Of a DNA stretch of 64,000 nucleotides, positions 26,451 through 38,250 are shown piece after piece. How positions within the stretch are numbered: position 1 is the stretch's first letter; each line of letters begins with the position of its first letter. Position numbers and translations under genes: made by a program. The stretch covers positions 16,102,793-16,166,792 of the forward strand of contig NC_057752.1 of NCBI RefSeq assembly GCF_004010195.1, in the 5' to 3' direction. The DNA is from Chiloscyllium plagiosum (lineage: Eukaryota). The notes below the pieces were generated by a model. That model worked only from the letters and a program-made list of their open reading frames with translations, ran no database searches and was not told the DNA's origin.

Positions 26451-26919
26451 TAATTTTTTTTTTAAATTGTGACCTTTCTGATGGACCAGCATTTACTGAT
26501 CTTTCCTCATTGTTCTCAAGGTGAGATTCTGCCTTGCATCACTACATTGTCTGGTGTGTTTTAGTTCAGCAGTTCTATCGTTGAACATAAAACATAGAAC
26601 AGTACAGCACAGGAACATGACACCAAATTAAACTAATGCCTTCTGGCTGCCCTTGGTCTATATCCCTCCATTCCCTGAATATTCATGTGCTTATCTAAAA
26701 GCCCCTTAAATACCCCTATTGTACCTGCCTCAGCCACCATCCCTGGCAATGTGTTCCAGACTGCTACCACTCTCTGTGCAAGAAACTTACCCCTTACATC
26801 TCCTTTGAACTTGTAAGACATGAATTTCCCTGCACAAAACCACTTTGACTGTCCCCAATTAGGCCATGCTTTTGCAAATGTAAACCATTTTGATTCAGGT
26901 GTGGATTTGATGAACTCAC

Positions 26920-27035
26920 TGTGAGATTCTGTACCATGTGCCGAGCTGGTTGTAATGCATCAAAATGAAAGATAGGAATATAATTGTTTCCCTTTAAGGT
27001 AGAAAAATATTTCTCAAGATCCGCCAGAACGTAAT
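26920..27035 (-). CDS. Candidate upstream exon of the profilin-like gene (116 bp)
   Basis: cctttgtcag|AT TAC GTT...AAT CTC ACA|gtgagt; (D)YVLADLEKYFSTLKGNNYIPIFHFDALQPARHMVQNLT. Ends in phase 0 on NLT, like the NIT| end of PFN1 exon 1, and is in frame with 8375-8564. Lies in non-repeat sequence. Overall similarity to profilin is weak. Confidence 0.45.
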
Positions 27036-27120
27036 CTGACAAAGGTATGCATCGATATGTAAATATAGTGGCTTTTAAAACCGGAATTAATTTTGTGGGT
27101 CAGACTCTGTGTTTACTTAC

Positions 27121-27148
27121 CATTAAAGTAGAATTGGATGAAATGCAT
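27121..27148 (-). CDS. Candidate first coding exon (MHFIQFYFN, phase 1) of the profilin-like gene
   Basis: ctagaATG CAT TTC ATC CAA TTC TAC TTT AAT G|gtaagt; strong donor, A at -3, upstream in-frame TAA. An 85-nt GT-AG intron joins it in frame to 26920-27035. Confidence 0.35.
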
Positions 27149-27294
27149 TCTAGTGCCTGAGTTTTACATTCGATTTCACCGATAAGACATTATCACGAAT
27201 TGACTACATGAGGCTGCTTCTGTCCTTTCAACTTCAGAACAAAGCTGTGGTTAAATGTAGCGCCTATTCCCTGCTACACCCCCTCCCCCCTTCC

Positions 27295-27789
27295 TCTCTC
27301 ACACATACACGCACACACACACACACAGATACACATGGATACACACACACACAGACAGATACACTCGCGCGCGCGCACACACACACACAAACAGACACAC
27401 ACAAACACACAGACAGACACACACACACAGACACACACAAAGACAGACACACACACTCACAGACACACACACGGATACACTCGCACACCACTCACACACA
27501 CAGACACACATGGATACACTCGCATGCACACTCACACACACACACACACACTCACAGCCACACACACTCACTCACTCTCACAGCCACACGTGGACGCTCA
27601 CTCTCACAGCCACACACACACACTCGCTCTCAGTTACACACACACACTCACTCTCACAGCCACACGCTCACTCACTCTCACAGCCACACGCGCACACTCA
27701 CTCTCAGTCACATGCACACACTCACTCTCACAGCCACACACACATACTCACTCTCAGCTACACACACACACTCACTCTCACAGCCACAC
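27295..27789. repeat. Compound (CA)n / (CACT)n-type microsatellite running into a gap
   Basis: Seen directly. Confidence 0.95.
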
Positions 27790-29438
27790 NNNNNNNNNNN
27801 NNNNNNNNNNNNNNNNNNNNNNNNNNNNNNNNNNNNNNNNNNNNNNNNNNNNNNNNNNNNNNNNNNNNNNNNNNNNNNNNNNNNNNNNNNNNNNNNNNNN
27901 NNNNNNNNNNNNNNNNNNNNNNNNNNNNNNNNNNNNNNNNNNNNNNNNNNNNNNNNNNNNNNNNNNNNNNNNNNNNNNNNNNNNNNNNNNNNNNNNNNNN
28001 NNNNNNNNNNNNNNNNNNNNNNNNNNNNNNNNNNNNNNNNNNNNNNNNNNNNNNNNNNNNNNNNNNNNNNNNNNNNNNNNNNNNNNNNNNNNNNNNNNNN
28101 NNNNNNNNNNNNNNNNNNNNNNNNNNNNNNNNNNNNNNNNNNNNNNNNNNNNNNNNNNNNNNNNNNNNNNNNNNNNNNNNNNNNNNNNNNNNNNNNNNNN
28201 NNNNNNNNNNNNNNNNNNNNNNNNNNNNNNNNNNNNNNNNNNNNNNNNNNNNNNNNNNNNNNNNNNNNNNNNNNNNNNNNNNNNNNNNNNNNNNNNNNNN
28301 NNNNNNNNNNCTCCTGTACTCAATACTCTGACCAATAAAGGAAAGCATACCAAACGCCTTCTTCACTATCCTATCTACCTGCAACTCCACTTTCAAGGAG
28401 CTATGAACCTGCACTCCAAGGTCTCTTTGTTTAGCAACACTCCCTAGGACCTTAACCATTAAGTGTATAAGTCCTGATAAGATTTGCCTTTCCAAAATGC
28501 AGCACCTCGCGTTTATCTGAATTAAACTCCATCTGCCACTTCTCAGCCCATTGGCCCATCTGGTCAAGATCCTGTTGTAATCTGAGGTAACCTTCTTCGC
28601 TGTCCACTACACCTCCAATTTTGGTGTCATCTGCAAACTTACTAACTGTACCTCTTATGCTCACATCCAAATCATTTATGTAAATGATGAAAAGCAGTGG
28701 ACCCAGCACCGATCCTTGTGGCACTCCACTGGTCACAGGCCTCCAGTCTGAAAAACAACCCTCACCATTATCCTCTGTCATTACCTTTGAGTTGGTTCTG
28801 TATCCAAATGGCTAGTTCTCTCTGTATTCCATGAGATCTAACCTTGCCAATCAGTCTCCCATGGGGAACCTTATTGAACGCCTTACTGAAGTCCATATAC
28901 ATCACATCTACCACTCTGTCCTCATCAATCCTCTTTGTTACTTCTTCAAAAAAACTCAAACAAGTTTGTGAGACATTATTTCCCATGGACAAAGCCATGT
29001 TGACTATCCTTAATCAATCCTTGCCTTTCCAAATACATGTAAATCCTGTCCCTCAGGATTCCCTCCAACCACCAGCCCACCACTGACGTCAGGCTCACTG
29101 GTCTATAGTTCCCTGGCTTGTCCTTACCACCTTTCTTAAACAGTGGCACCATGTTAGCCAACCTCCAGTCTTCTTGCAACTCACTTGTGACTTTTGATGA
29201 TCCAGATATCTCAGCAAGGGGCCCAGCAATCACTTCTTTAGCTTCCCACAGAGTACATCTAGAGTACACCTAATCAGGTACTGAGGATTTATCCACCTTT
29301 ATGCATTTTAAGACATCCAGCACTTTCTCCTCTGTAATATGGACATTTTTCAAGATATCACCATCTATTTCCTCACATTCTATATCTTCCATGTCCTTCT
29401 CCATGGTAAACACTGATGGAAAATATTGGCCACTGATT

Positions 29439-29738
29439 GGGGGCACAGCGGCACAGTGGATAGCGCCAGAGACCCGGGTTCAATTCCCGCCTCAGGCGAC
29501 TGACTGTGTGGAATTTGCAGGTTCTCCCCGTGTCTGCGTGGGTTTCCTCCGGGTGCTCCAGTTTCCTCCCACAGTCCAAAAATATGCAGGTCAGGTGAAT
29601 TGGCCATGCTAAATTGCCCGTAGTGTTAGGTGTAAATGTAGGGGAATGGGTATGGGTGGGTTGCGCTTTGGTAGGTCGGTGTGGACTTGTTGGGCCGAAG
29701 GGCCTGTTTCCACACTGTAAGTAATCTAATCTAATCTA
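29439..29738 (+). mobile_element. HE1-type V-SINE nested in CR1
   Basis: Full V-domain and (ctaat)n tail. Confidence 0.92.
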
Positions 29739-31522
29739 AAAAAAACTTGTTTAATATCCCCTGTGGTTCCTCACACAGGCTGCCCTGCTGATTGTTGAGG
29801 GGTCCTATTTTCTCCCTAGTTGCCCTTTTATCCTTGATGTATTTATAGAATTCTGTTGGATCCTCCTTAACCCTATTTGCCAAAGCTATCACATGGCCCC
29901 TTTTTGCCCTCCTGATTTCCCTCTTAAGTATACTCCTACTGCCTTTATACTCTTCTGAGAATTCTCTCGATCTATCCTGTCTATACCTGACATATGCTTC
30001 CTTCTTTTCCTTCACCAAGCCATCAATGTCACTAGTCATTCAGCATTGCTTACTCCTTCCAGCCTTGTCTTTCCTCCTAACAGTAACATACTGTCTCTGG
30101 ACTCTCATTATCTCATTCTTGAAGGCTTCCTATTTTCTGCAAACATCTACCTCCAATCAGCTTTTGACATTTCTCGCCTAATACCATCAAAATTAGCCTT
30201 CCTCTAATGTAGAACTTTAACTTTTATATCCAGTCTATCCTTTTCCATCACTATTTTAAAACTAATAGAATTATGGTCACTGGCCCTAAAGTGCTCTCCC
30301 ACTGACACCTCAGTCACCTGCCCTGCCTTATTTCCCGAGAGTAGGTCAAGTTTTGCAACTTCTCTAGTCGGTATATCCACATACTGTATCAGAAAATATT
30401 CTTGTACACAGTTAACAAATTCATCTCCATCTACCTCCTTAATACAGTGGCGGTCCCAGTCTATGTTTAGAAACTTAAAATCCCCTACATTATCACTTTA
30501 TTATTCTTACAGATGAGATGTACTTAAAAATTTGTTCCTCAATTTCCCACTGCCTATTGGTGGGTCTATAATACAATCCCAATAAGGTGGTCATCCCTTT
30601 CTTATTTCTCAGTTCCACCCAAATAACTTCCCTGGATGTATTCCCAGAATATCCCTCCTAAGCACAGTGGTAATGCTATTCCTTATCAAAAATGCCACTC
30701 CCCCTCCTCTCTGCCCCCCCTTTGTATCCTGGAACATTAAGCTGCCAGTCCTGTCCATCTCTGAGCCATATTTCTGTAATTGCTATGATATCCCAGTCCC
30801 ATGTTCCTCACCATGCCCTGAGTTCAGCTGCCTTCCCTATTAGGCCTCTTGCATTGAAATAAATGCAGTTTAATTTATCAGTCTTACCTTGTCCCTGCTT
30901 GCCCTGACTGTTTGACTCGCTTCTTTTTCCAACTGTACCAGTCTCAGATTGATCTCTTTCCTCTCTATCTCCCCTTCCAATTCAGGTGCAGTCCATCCTT
31001 CCTGTACAGGTCACTTCTACCCCAGAAGAGATTCCAATGATCCAGAAATGTGAATCCTTCTCCCATACACCAGCTCCTCAGTCACACATTCGTCTGCTCT
31101 ATCCTCCTATTCCTACCCTCACTAGCTTGTAGCACCGTGAGTAATCCAGATATTACTCTCCTCGAGGACCTCCTTTTTAAATTGCTGCTTAACTTTCTAT
31201 ATTCTCCCTTCAGAATCTCAATCTTTTCCCTTCCTATGTCGTTGGTTCCAATGTGTACAATGACCTCCTGCTGGCCCCTCTCCCCTTTGAGAACATTCTG
31301 CCCCCTCTCGGAGACACTAACACACCATTCTGATTTTTCACTGCTGGCCCCAGAAACATCTGTCTGTACCTCAGACTAAAGAGAATTCCCTAACACAACT
31401 GATCCCTTGGAACCCGATGTATCCCTGATTAGTTTAGAGTCAGTCTCTGTACCAGGAACTTGGCTGTTTGTGCTACATTCCCTTGAGAGTCTATCACCCC
31501 CTGCATTTTCCAAAACAGCATA

Positions 31523-31730
31523 CTGTCGTATCCGCAGGTTATGGTGGTTTCGGTTACGCAAGGTTTACCACAGCCCAAACATATTACAGGGAACATTCCA
31601 GAACCAGAGACCAGGGGCTGCCGGGAAGGTACATTTCCTATTCAAATGAATGGGTTCACGACTATCTGTGGTTTTGGGCTTCCACAGTAGGAATGGGAAC
31701 ATATCTTCCACGGGTACAGGGGGACTACTG
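31523..31730 (+). mobile_element. pogo/Tigger-type MITE (MER44/Tigger7-like ends)
   Basis: TA-flanked 208-bp block absent from the homologous CR1 at ~62880; right end gggggactactg|ta (reverse complement cagtagtccccc); left TIR partly deleted. Confidence 0.7.
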
Positions 31731-31859
31731 TACTAACCGCCTCCCTCTCCTACCTTTCCTGAAGGTAACCCTTCTACCTGACTGTATCTGTGGTTTTTCT
31801 TCCTTCCTATAACTGCCATCTGTCACACTGCCTAGCCCCTGTCAATTCCACCAAGTGAC

Positions 31860-32120
31860 CTGACAGGGAGAGGCTGAACAGGCTGGGGCTGTTTTCCCTG
31901 GAGCTTCGGAGGCCGAGGGATGACCTTATAGAGGTTTATAAAATGAGGGGCATGGATAGGATAAATAGACAAGGTCTTTTCCCCACGTGGGGTAGTCAAA
32001 AACTGGAGGGGATGGGGTGAGGGGGAAAGATTTAAAAGAGACCTACGGGACAACTTTTTCACACAGAAGGTGGTGCACGTGTGTGGAATGAGCTGCCAGT
32101 GGAAGTGCTGGAGGCTGGGT
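31860..32120 (+). mobile_element. CR1 3' fragment
   Basis: Similar to 21480-21740. Confidence 0.88.
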
Positions 32121-32220
32121 AGAGCAGGGAAGGAAACACCAGGTAAACACAAGATATGCCTTTGACAAGATTACAAAGAAAATGCTTCAGGACTGCGATG
32201 AGAGTATTCAAATTTAGATC

Positions 32221-33630
32221 AGGGACAGCACGGGGTGAGATACAGAGTAAAGCTCCCTCTACACTGTCCCCCCCATCAAACATCCCCAGGACAGGGACAG
32301 CACGGGGTTAGATACAGAGTAAAGCTCCTTCTACACNNNNNNNNNNNNNNNNNNNNNNNNNNNNNNNNNNNNNNNNNNNNNNNNNNNNNNNNNNNNNNNN
32401 NNNNNNNNNNNNNNNNNNNNNNNNNNNNNNNNNNNNNNNNNNNNNNNNNNNNNNNNNNNNNNNNNNNNNNNNNNNNNNNNNNNNNNNNNNNNNNNNNNNN
32501 NNNNNNNNNNNNNNNNNNNNNNNNNNNNNNNNNNNNNNNNNNNNNNNNNNNNNNNNNNNNNNNNNNNNNNNNNNNNNNNNNNNNNNNNNNNNNNNNNNNN
32601 NNNNNNNNNNNNNNNNNNNNNNNNNNNNNNNNNNNNNNNNNNNNNNNNNNNNNNNNNNNNNNNNNNNNNNNNNNNNNNNNNNNNNNNNNNNNACTAGACG
32701 GCATAGGTTTAGGGTGAGAGGGGAAAGATATAAAAGAGACCTAAGGGGCAACGTTTTCATGCAGAGGGTGATACGTGTATGGAATGAGCTGCCAGAGGAA
32801 GTGGTGGAAGCTGGTACAATTACAGCATTTAAGAGGCTTCTGGATGGGTATATGAATAGGAAGGGTTTGGAGGGATATGGGCCGGGTGCTGGCAGGTGGG
32901 ACTAGATTGGGTTGGGATATCTGGTCGTCATGAACGGATTGGACCGAAGGGTCTGTTTCCATGCTGTACATGTCTATGACTCTATGACAGGCTTAGCACA
33001 GGATCAGATACAGAGGAAAGCTCCCTCTACACTGTCTCCCCATCAAACACACCCAGGGACAGGGACAACAGGGGTCAGATATAGAGGAAAGCTCCCACTA
33101 CACTGTCTCCCCATCAAACACACCCAGGGACAGGGACAGCACGGGGTCAGATACAGAGGAAAGCTCTCTCTACATTGTCCCCCCATCAAACACTCCCAGG
33201 GACAGGAACAGCACGGGGTTAAATACAGAGTAAACCTCCATCTACACTGTCCCCCCCCCATCAAACACTCCCAGGGACAGGGACAGCACGGGGTTAGATA
33301 CAGAGTAAAGCTCCCTCTACACTGTCCCCCCATCAAACACTCCCAGGGACAGGGACAGCACAGGGTTAGATACAGAGTAAAGCTCCCTCTACACGGTCCC
33401 CCATCAAACACTCCCAGGGACAGGGACAGCACAGGGTTAGATACAGACTAAAGCTCCCTCTACACTGTCCCCCATCAAACACTCCCAGGGACAGAGACAG
33501 CACGGGGTTAGATACAGACTAAAGCTCCCTCTACACTGTCCCCCATCAAACACTCCCAGGGACAGCACGGGGTTAAATGCAAAGTGAAGCTCTCTCTGCA
33601 TTGTGCCCCATCACACACTCTCAGGACAGT
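32221..33630 (+). repeat. ~71-bp minisatellite (cagggacagggacagcacggggttagatacagagtaaagctccctctacactgtcccccatcaaacactcc), interrupted by a gap and a CR1 3' end (32693-32986)
   Basis: Tandem copies seen directly; inverted copies at 42315-42525. Confidence 0.93.
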
Positions 33631-33900
33631 GGAAGTGAGGACTGCAGATGCTGGAGATTAGAGTCAAGAGTGTGATGCTGGAAAAGCACAGTAGGTCAAG
33701 CAGCATCCAAGGAGCAGGGGAATCGACGTTTCAGGCTTAAGCCCTTTTTCAGGAATGTCCTCGGTGGAGTGGGATAGTGATCCACCACAGGGTGGTGAGT
33801 TTAGTTGGTGCAGGTGTCCCAGAGATGTTCTCTGAAATGTTCCCTGAGTTGGCGTCTTGTTTCCCCGATATAGAGGAGACCACATCAGGAGATGAGGAGT
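33631..33900 (-). mobile_element. PLE family A pLTR plus a short PLE ORF remnant
   Basis: ggaagtgaggactgcagatgctggaga...tcgacgtttcaggcttaagccc, then a decayed YIGET-like region. Confidence 0.7.
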
Positions 33901-34594
33901 TCAGATGTGCAGGAAAATATAGGTGTGTGTGAGGGTGTGAGTATGTGTGTTTGTGTATGTGTGAGACAGTGTGTGAGTATGTATGCGAGTGTGTGCGTGT
34001 GTGTATGTGTGAGACAGTGTGTGTATGTGTGTCGGGACAGGGTAGGTGGGGAGCAGGTTGCCGCAGGGGGAGATGGGATTTGCAGTCTTAGCTTGGTTTC
34101 CCCTTTATTTTGTGCTGCAGCACCTCAGCACCATTTCGTGGACTGTGGGGCCACAAGGGACATTCTCTGTCATTCCATCTGTCTTTGATTATTTTTAAAC
34201 AAAAACATCCAAGGACTGTGGTTGTTGGAAATCAGAAGCAAAACCAGAAACTGCTGAAGAAACTCAGTAGGTCTGGCACGTCTGTGGAGAGAGTCCACGC
34301 CAGTCCCTGGACTTGGAACGTCCACTCTGCTTTTTCTCTCTACATATTGCCAGACCTGCTGAGTTTCTTCAGCAGTTTCTGTTTTTATTGGATTGTTTTT
34401 AGTTTGATGTCTCTCCCTGAAGGTTATGTCCCCTGAGAGGGTGCCTTCTTACAAGTTTCTCTAAGATTGCAAGGAGATGTCCTTACTGAAGGAAGGCAGC
34501 AAGACAGGGACAGCATGGTCTGAAAACTGAGCCAGCACCAGGGAGCCAGGCTGCAATTCATTTCTCCTGGAACATTTCACGCACCAACATTCGT

Positions 34595-34890
34595 ATAAAC
34601 ACACACACACACACATAGACACACTCATGCTCATACACACACACACACACACATAGACACACTCATGCTCATACACATACATATACTCACACTTACACAT
34701 AACCTATCTCTCCCACAGATACACACATTTCTCTCACACACAGTCGCATGCACAGTCACTCTCTATCGCTCAGAAACACACACATGCATACTCACACACA
34801 TATAGGTACACTCAGACTTACACTCTCTCTCTTACACACACACCACCCTCACACACACACTTCCACACATACTCATACACACCACGCACA
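34595..34890. repeat. Degenerate (CA)n microsatellite (also (TG)n at 33920-34030)
   Basis: Seen directly. Confidence 0.9.
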
Positions 34891-35597
34891 TATATTAATA
34901 TTAACCAAGCCATGCATTGTCAAAAATAACTTTTTGTTTTCCACGTAAACCAGCAGTAGAGTAATTTATTTTTCAACAAACAATATTTTGAAAGAATTCA
35001 CAGTGAATGGTTAGAATTAGCAGCTGTACATAGACATGTTATGCAGACAAAAGGACAACAGCACTCAGGATAGTCTCGCTGGGGGAGGGTAAAACTAACT
35101 TTACATTTCTAAACTGGAGAATCAGACTCAGGAAAAAATAATTCTCATGTGTCAGTGTCAATTAGCCAATGTCTGACTCACTGTGAGACTGACTCACGAG
35201 GCACTAACAGAGGCTACGGAATGCAGGCCAAGGCTTTTGGGGGAATGTACACTTAAGGATGACAGAGGATTCAGAATCAGCTGAGGCCTCATGACCTGTT
35301 TCTGAGGATGAAGAGAGAGGAGGGACAAGGTGGACCAGGAGTAGGTATACCAGATCGACTTGGATTACAGTAGGTGAAATAACGCCACAGAGGCTGGTTT
35401 CTCAGCACTAACATAGAACACAGAACAGTACAACACAGGAACAGGCCCTTCAGTCCACGATGTTGTGCTGAACATGACGCCAAATAGAACTAATCTTTTC
35501 TGCCTGCCCTTAGTCCATATCCCTCCATTTCTTGCATATTCATGTGCTTATCTAAAAATCCCTCAAACAACCCTTTATTCACATGTAGAATCCCAGA

Positions 35598-36292
35598 GAA
35601 TCATAGAATCTGTACAGTGTGGAAACAGGCTCTTCAGCCCAACAAGTCCACACCAACCCACCGAAGGGATCCCACTAAAATCCATTCCCCATTACTCTAA
35701 GTTTACCCCTGACTAATACACCTAACCTGCACATCCCTGGACACTATGGGACAATTTCCCATGGCAAACCCACCCTAACCTACACATCCCTGGGCATTAT
35801 GGGACAATTTCCCATGACCAACCCACCCTAACCTGCACATCCTTGGACACTATAGGACAATTTCCCATGGCAAACCCACCCTAACCTGCACATCCCTGGG
35901 CATTATGGGACAATTTCCCATGACCAATCCACCCTAACCTACACATCCCTGGGCACTATGGGACAATTTCCCATGGCCAATCCACCCTAACCTGCACATC
36001 CCTGGGCACTATGGGACAATTTCCCATGACTAATCCACCCTAACCTGCACATCCCTGGGCATTATGGGACAATTTCCCATGACCAATCCACCCTAACCTG
36101 CACATCCCTGGGCACTATGGGACAATTTCCCATGGCCAATCCACCCTAACCTGCACATCTTTGGACTGTGGGAGGAAACCCATACAGACACGGGAAGAAT
36201 GTGCAAACTCCACACAGGCAGAGGCTGGAATCGAACCTAGGTCCCTGGTGCTGTGAGGCAGCAGTGCTAACCCCTGAGCCACCGTACCGCCC
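35598..36292 (-). mobile_element. V-SINE with an internal 53-bp tandem expansion (~8 units, 35720-36160)
   Basis: Unit ccaccctaacctgcacatccctgggcactatgggacaatttcccatggccaat. Confidence 0.9.
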
Positions 36293-37969
36293 TGTGGCAT
36301 GTGGAGAATCCTTGGCTGTCATACGGCCTCATACAGAGTCAGGGACCAGAGTGTCAGTATCTCTGGCACTCACCCTTTCTACCTGTCAGTCAGAGCTCCC
36401 TGATTGGCTCGGATTAACAGTCCCAATCAAGGAACTCAGACTGTATGATGTCCAGCTCGCTGACATGATTACAATCACTACAATGGAAATTTAAAAAATC
36501 AGACTTGCCAAAGTACTACATGGACTGGGCTGTTTGTCTGGACTAGGAGGGCAAGATTGGCATAGAGTAGGGCTGAGAGCAGGACAAAGGTAGTCAGGGA
36601 TTGCCAACAGCAGGAGTGTTCAGCTTTGTTAAAAAAAAAAGCTTCAAAAATATTTAATTTGATCTGTACAGGTCAGAGAGAAATGTGCTTACACACCGAG
36701 TGTTATGTAGCCTTTACTTGGAGAATACCCTATCCTGAGTATTTTGTGGCATTGTCATATAGATGGGTCAGATTGGGTAATCAACAAAAATGAAGCAAAG
36801 GTTATCCCTGCTGTAAAAACCTCCACTTTGCTCTCCTGCCTCTATTCTGCCTCATACTACTCCAGACACTCTGTAGGCTTCTATTTCAAAGTCAGGTGGT
36901 ATAGCTCTTTTTTGGAAGCTTGCTTTGGTCTGATTTGAAAATCGTTAGCTCTGTTTCTTTCTCCGCCAGACCTGCTGAGTTTCTCCAGAGCTCTCTAGAT
37001 TTTAGTTTTTTCACCTTATGCTCAGGACTGGACCCCAATTCCTTCTCTTCTGCCCCTTCTCCTGTTTCTTCCCTATCCCTTTTCCTCCTGCTCCCTCATC
37101 CCTGAATCTACTCCTGCCCCTTCACACGCTGCCCCTTTACTTGGGGTCCTGTAGTTAGGTCTCTGCCCTGTTCCTCCATCCCCCCCTATATCTTTTTTTC
37201 AGCTTCCTCACCACTGCCCATCACCCAGGACTCTAGAATCAGACCCTGAGCCACTCATCTGCTCAATAGGATCTTGTGTTCCTTCTCCTTGGTTCCTAAA
37301 TATAAAATGTAGGTTTTTAATTTGAGAAAGGTAGTACAGCAAAGAGCAGGAACGATGACAAGGTGGCAGGAACTCCTGTGTGAACAGGTGAGTTACAGAA
37401 TGGTAAGTGGCAGCAGGTACTGTGACACATAACAATTGCACCCAAGGTAAACATGGATTGCATAATCCACAACAACTCCTTTTTAATGACTTCAGAGTAA
37501 TAATGCACTCAGGTTGTTTGCAGAAGCATTATCAAACAGATTATAACACTGGGCAAAAGACACAGGAAGTCATACAGTACAGGGGAGGTCATTCGTACCG
37601 TCAAGTCCATAGTAACTCTCTGTAGAGTAATTCAGTCTGGCCCAATCCTCCTGCAATGTTATTTCTCTCTCATCCCATTTCATTCACCATCTGTCTCGCT
37701 GCCAATATTGTGGGCAGTGAGTTCTGGCTTGGGAGATATTCAGGATCGGTGACCAGATTAGAAACTTGGTCAAGATGTCACTTCTAAGGAGCGTCGTAAA
37801 GGAGGAGGACGAGAGGGTGGCAGAGGGATTTAGGGAGGGAATCCCAGAGCTTGGGGCTCAGACAGCTAATGGTGGAACGATGGGAATCAGGAGATGCTGA
37901 AGACACTCCATCCACCACATTAAACAGACACTGACCCACTCATAGAGACAGCAGCACTCACAAAAAACC

Positions 37970-38250
37970 CTCAGGCACACCTTCCAAACCCATGGCCCCT
38001 TCCATCTAGAAGGACAAGGACAGCAGATACAGGGGAACACCACCCCCTGAAAGTTCCCCTCGGAGCCCCTCACCATTCCGACTTGAAGTATTTTGCCATT
38101 CCTTCCTGGGTCAGAATCCTGGAAATCCCCCCCCAAGGGGCAGTGTGGGTCTACCCTACAGCACATGAGCTGCAGCAGTTCAAGAAGGCAGCTGGGGGTC
38201 AACTAAGGACGGGGTAATAAATTTTAGCCCAGCCAGCCACATCCTTGAAG
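37970..38250 (+). mobile_element. 3' end of the old LINE family seen at 13800-14040
   Basis: gaaggacaaggacagcagatacaggggaacaccac...gcagcagttcaagaaggcagct. Confidence 0.75.

Larger units (their letters stand above)
28311..31830 (-). mobile_element. Long CR1 LINE (ORF1 remnant, EN, RT), disrupted
   Basis: [22 protein letters not shown]...[26 protein letters not shown]1 YAVLENAGGD. Contains a nested SINE and MITE. Confidence 0.95.

Noticed and set aside
27208..28567. Long His/Thr-rich ORFs
   Set aside because: (CA)n microsatellite plus N-gap.
37308..37387. Plus-strand exon-like VFNLRKVVQQRAGTMTRWQELLCEQ|gtgagt
   Set aside because: Weak acceptor, no recognisable homology, no partner exons found.
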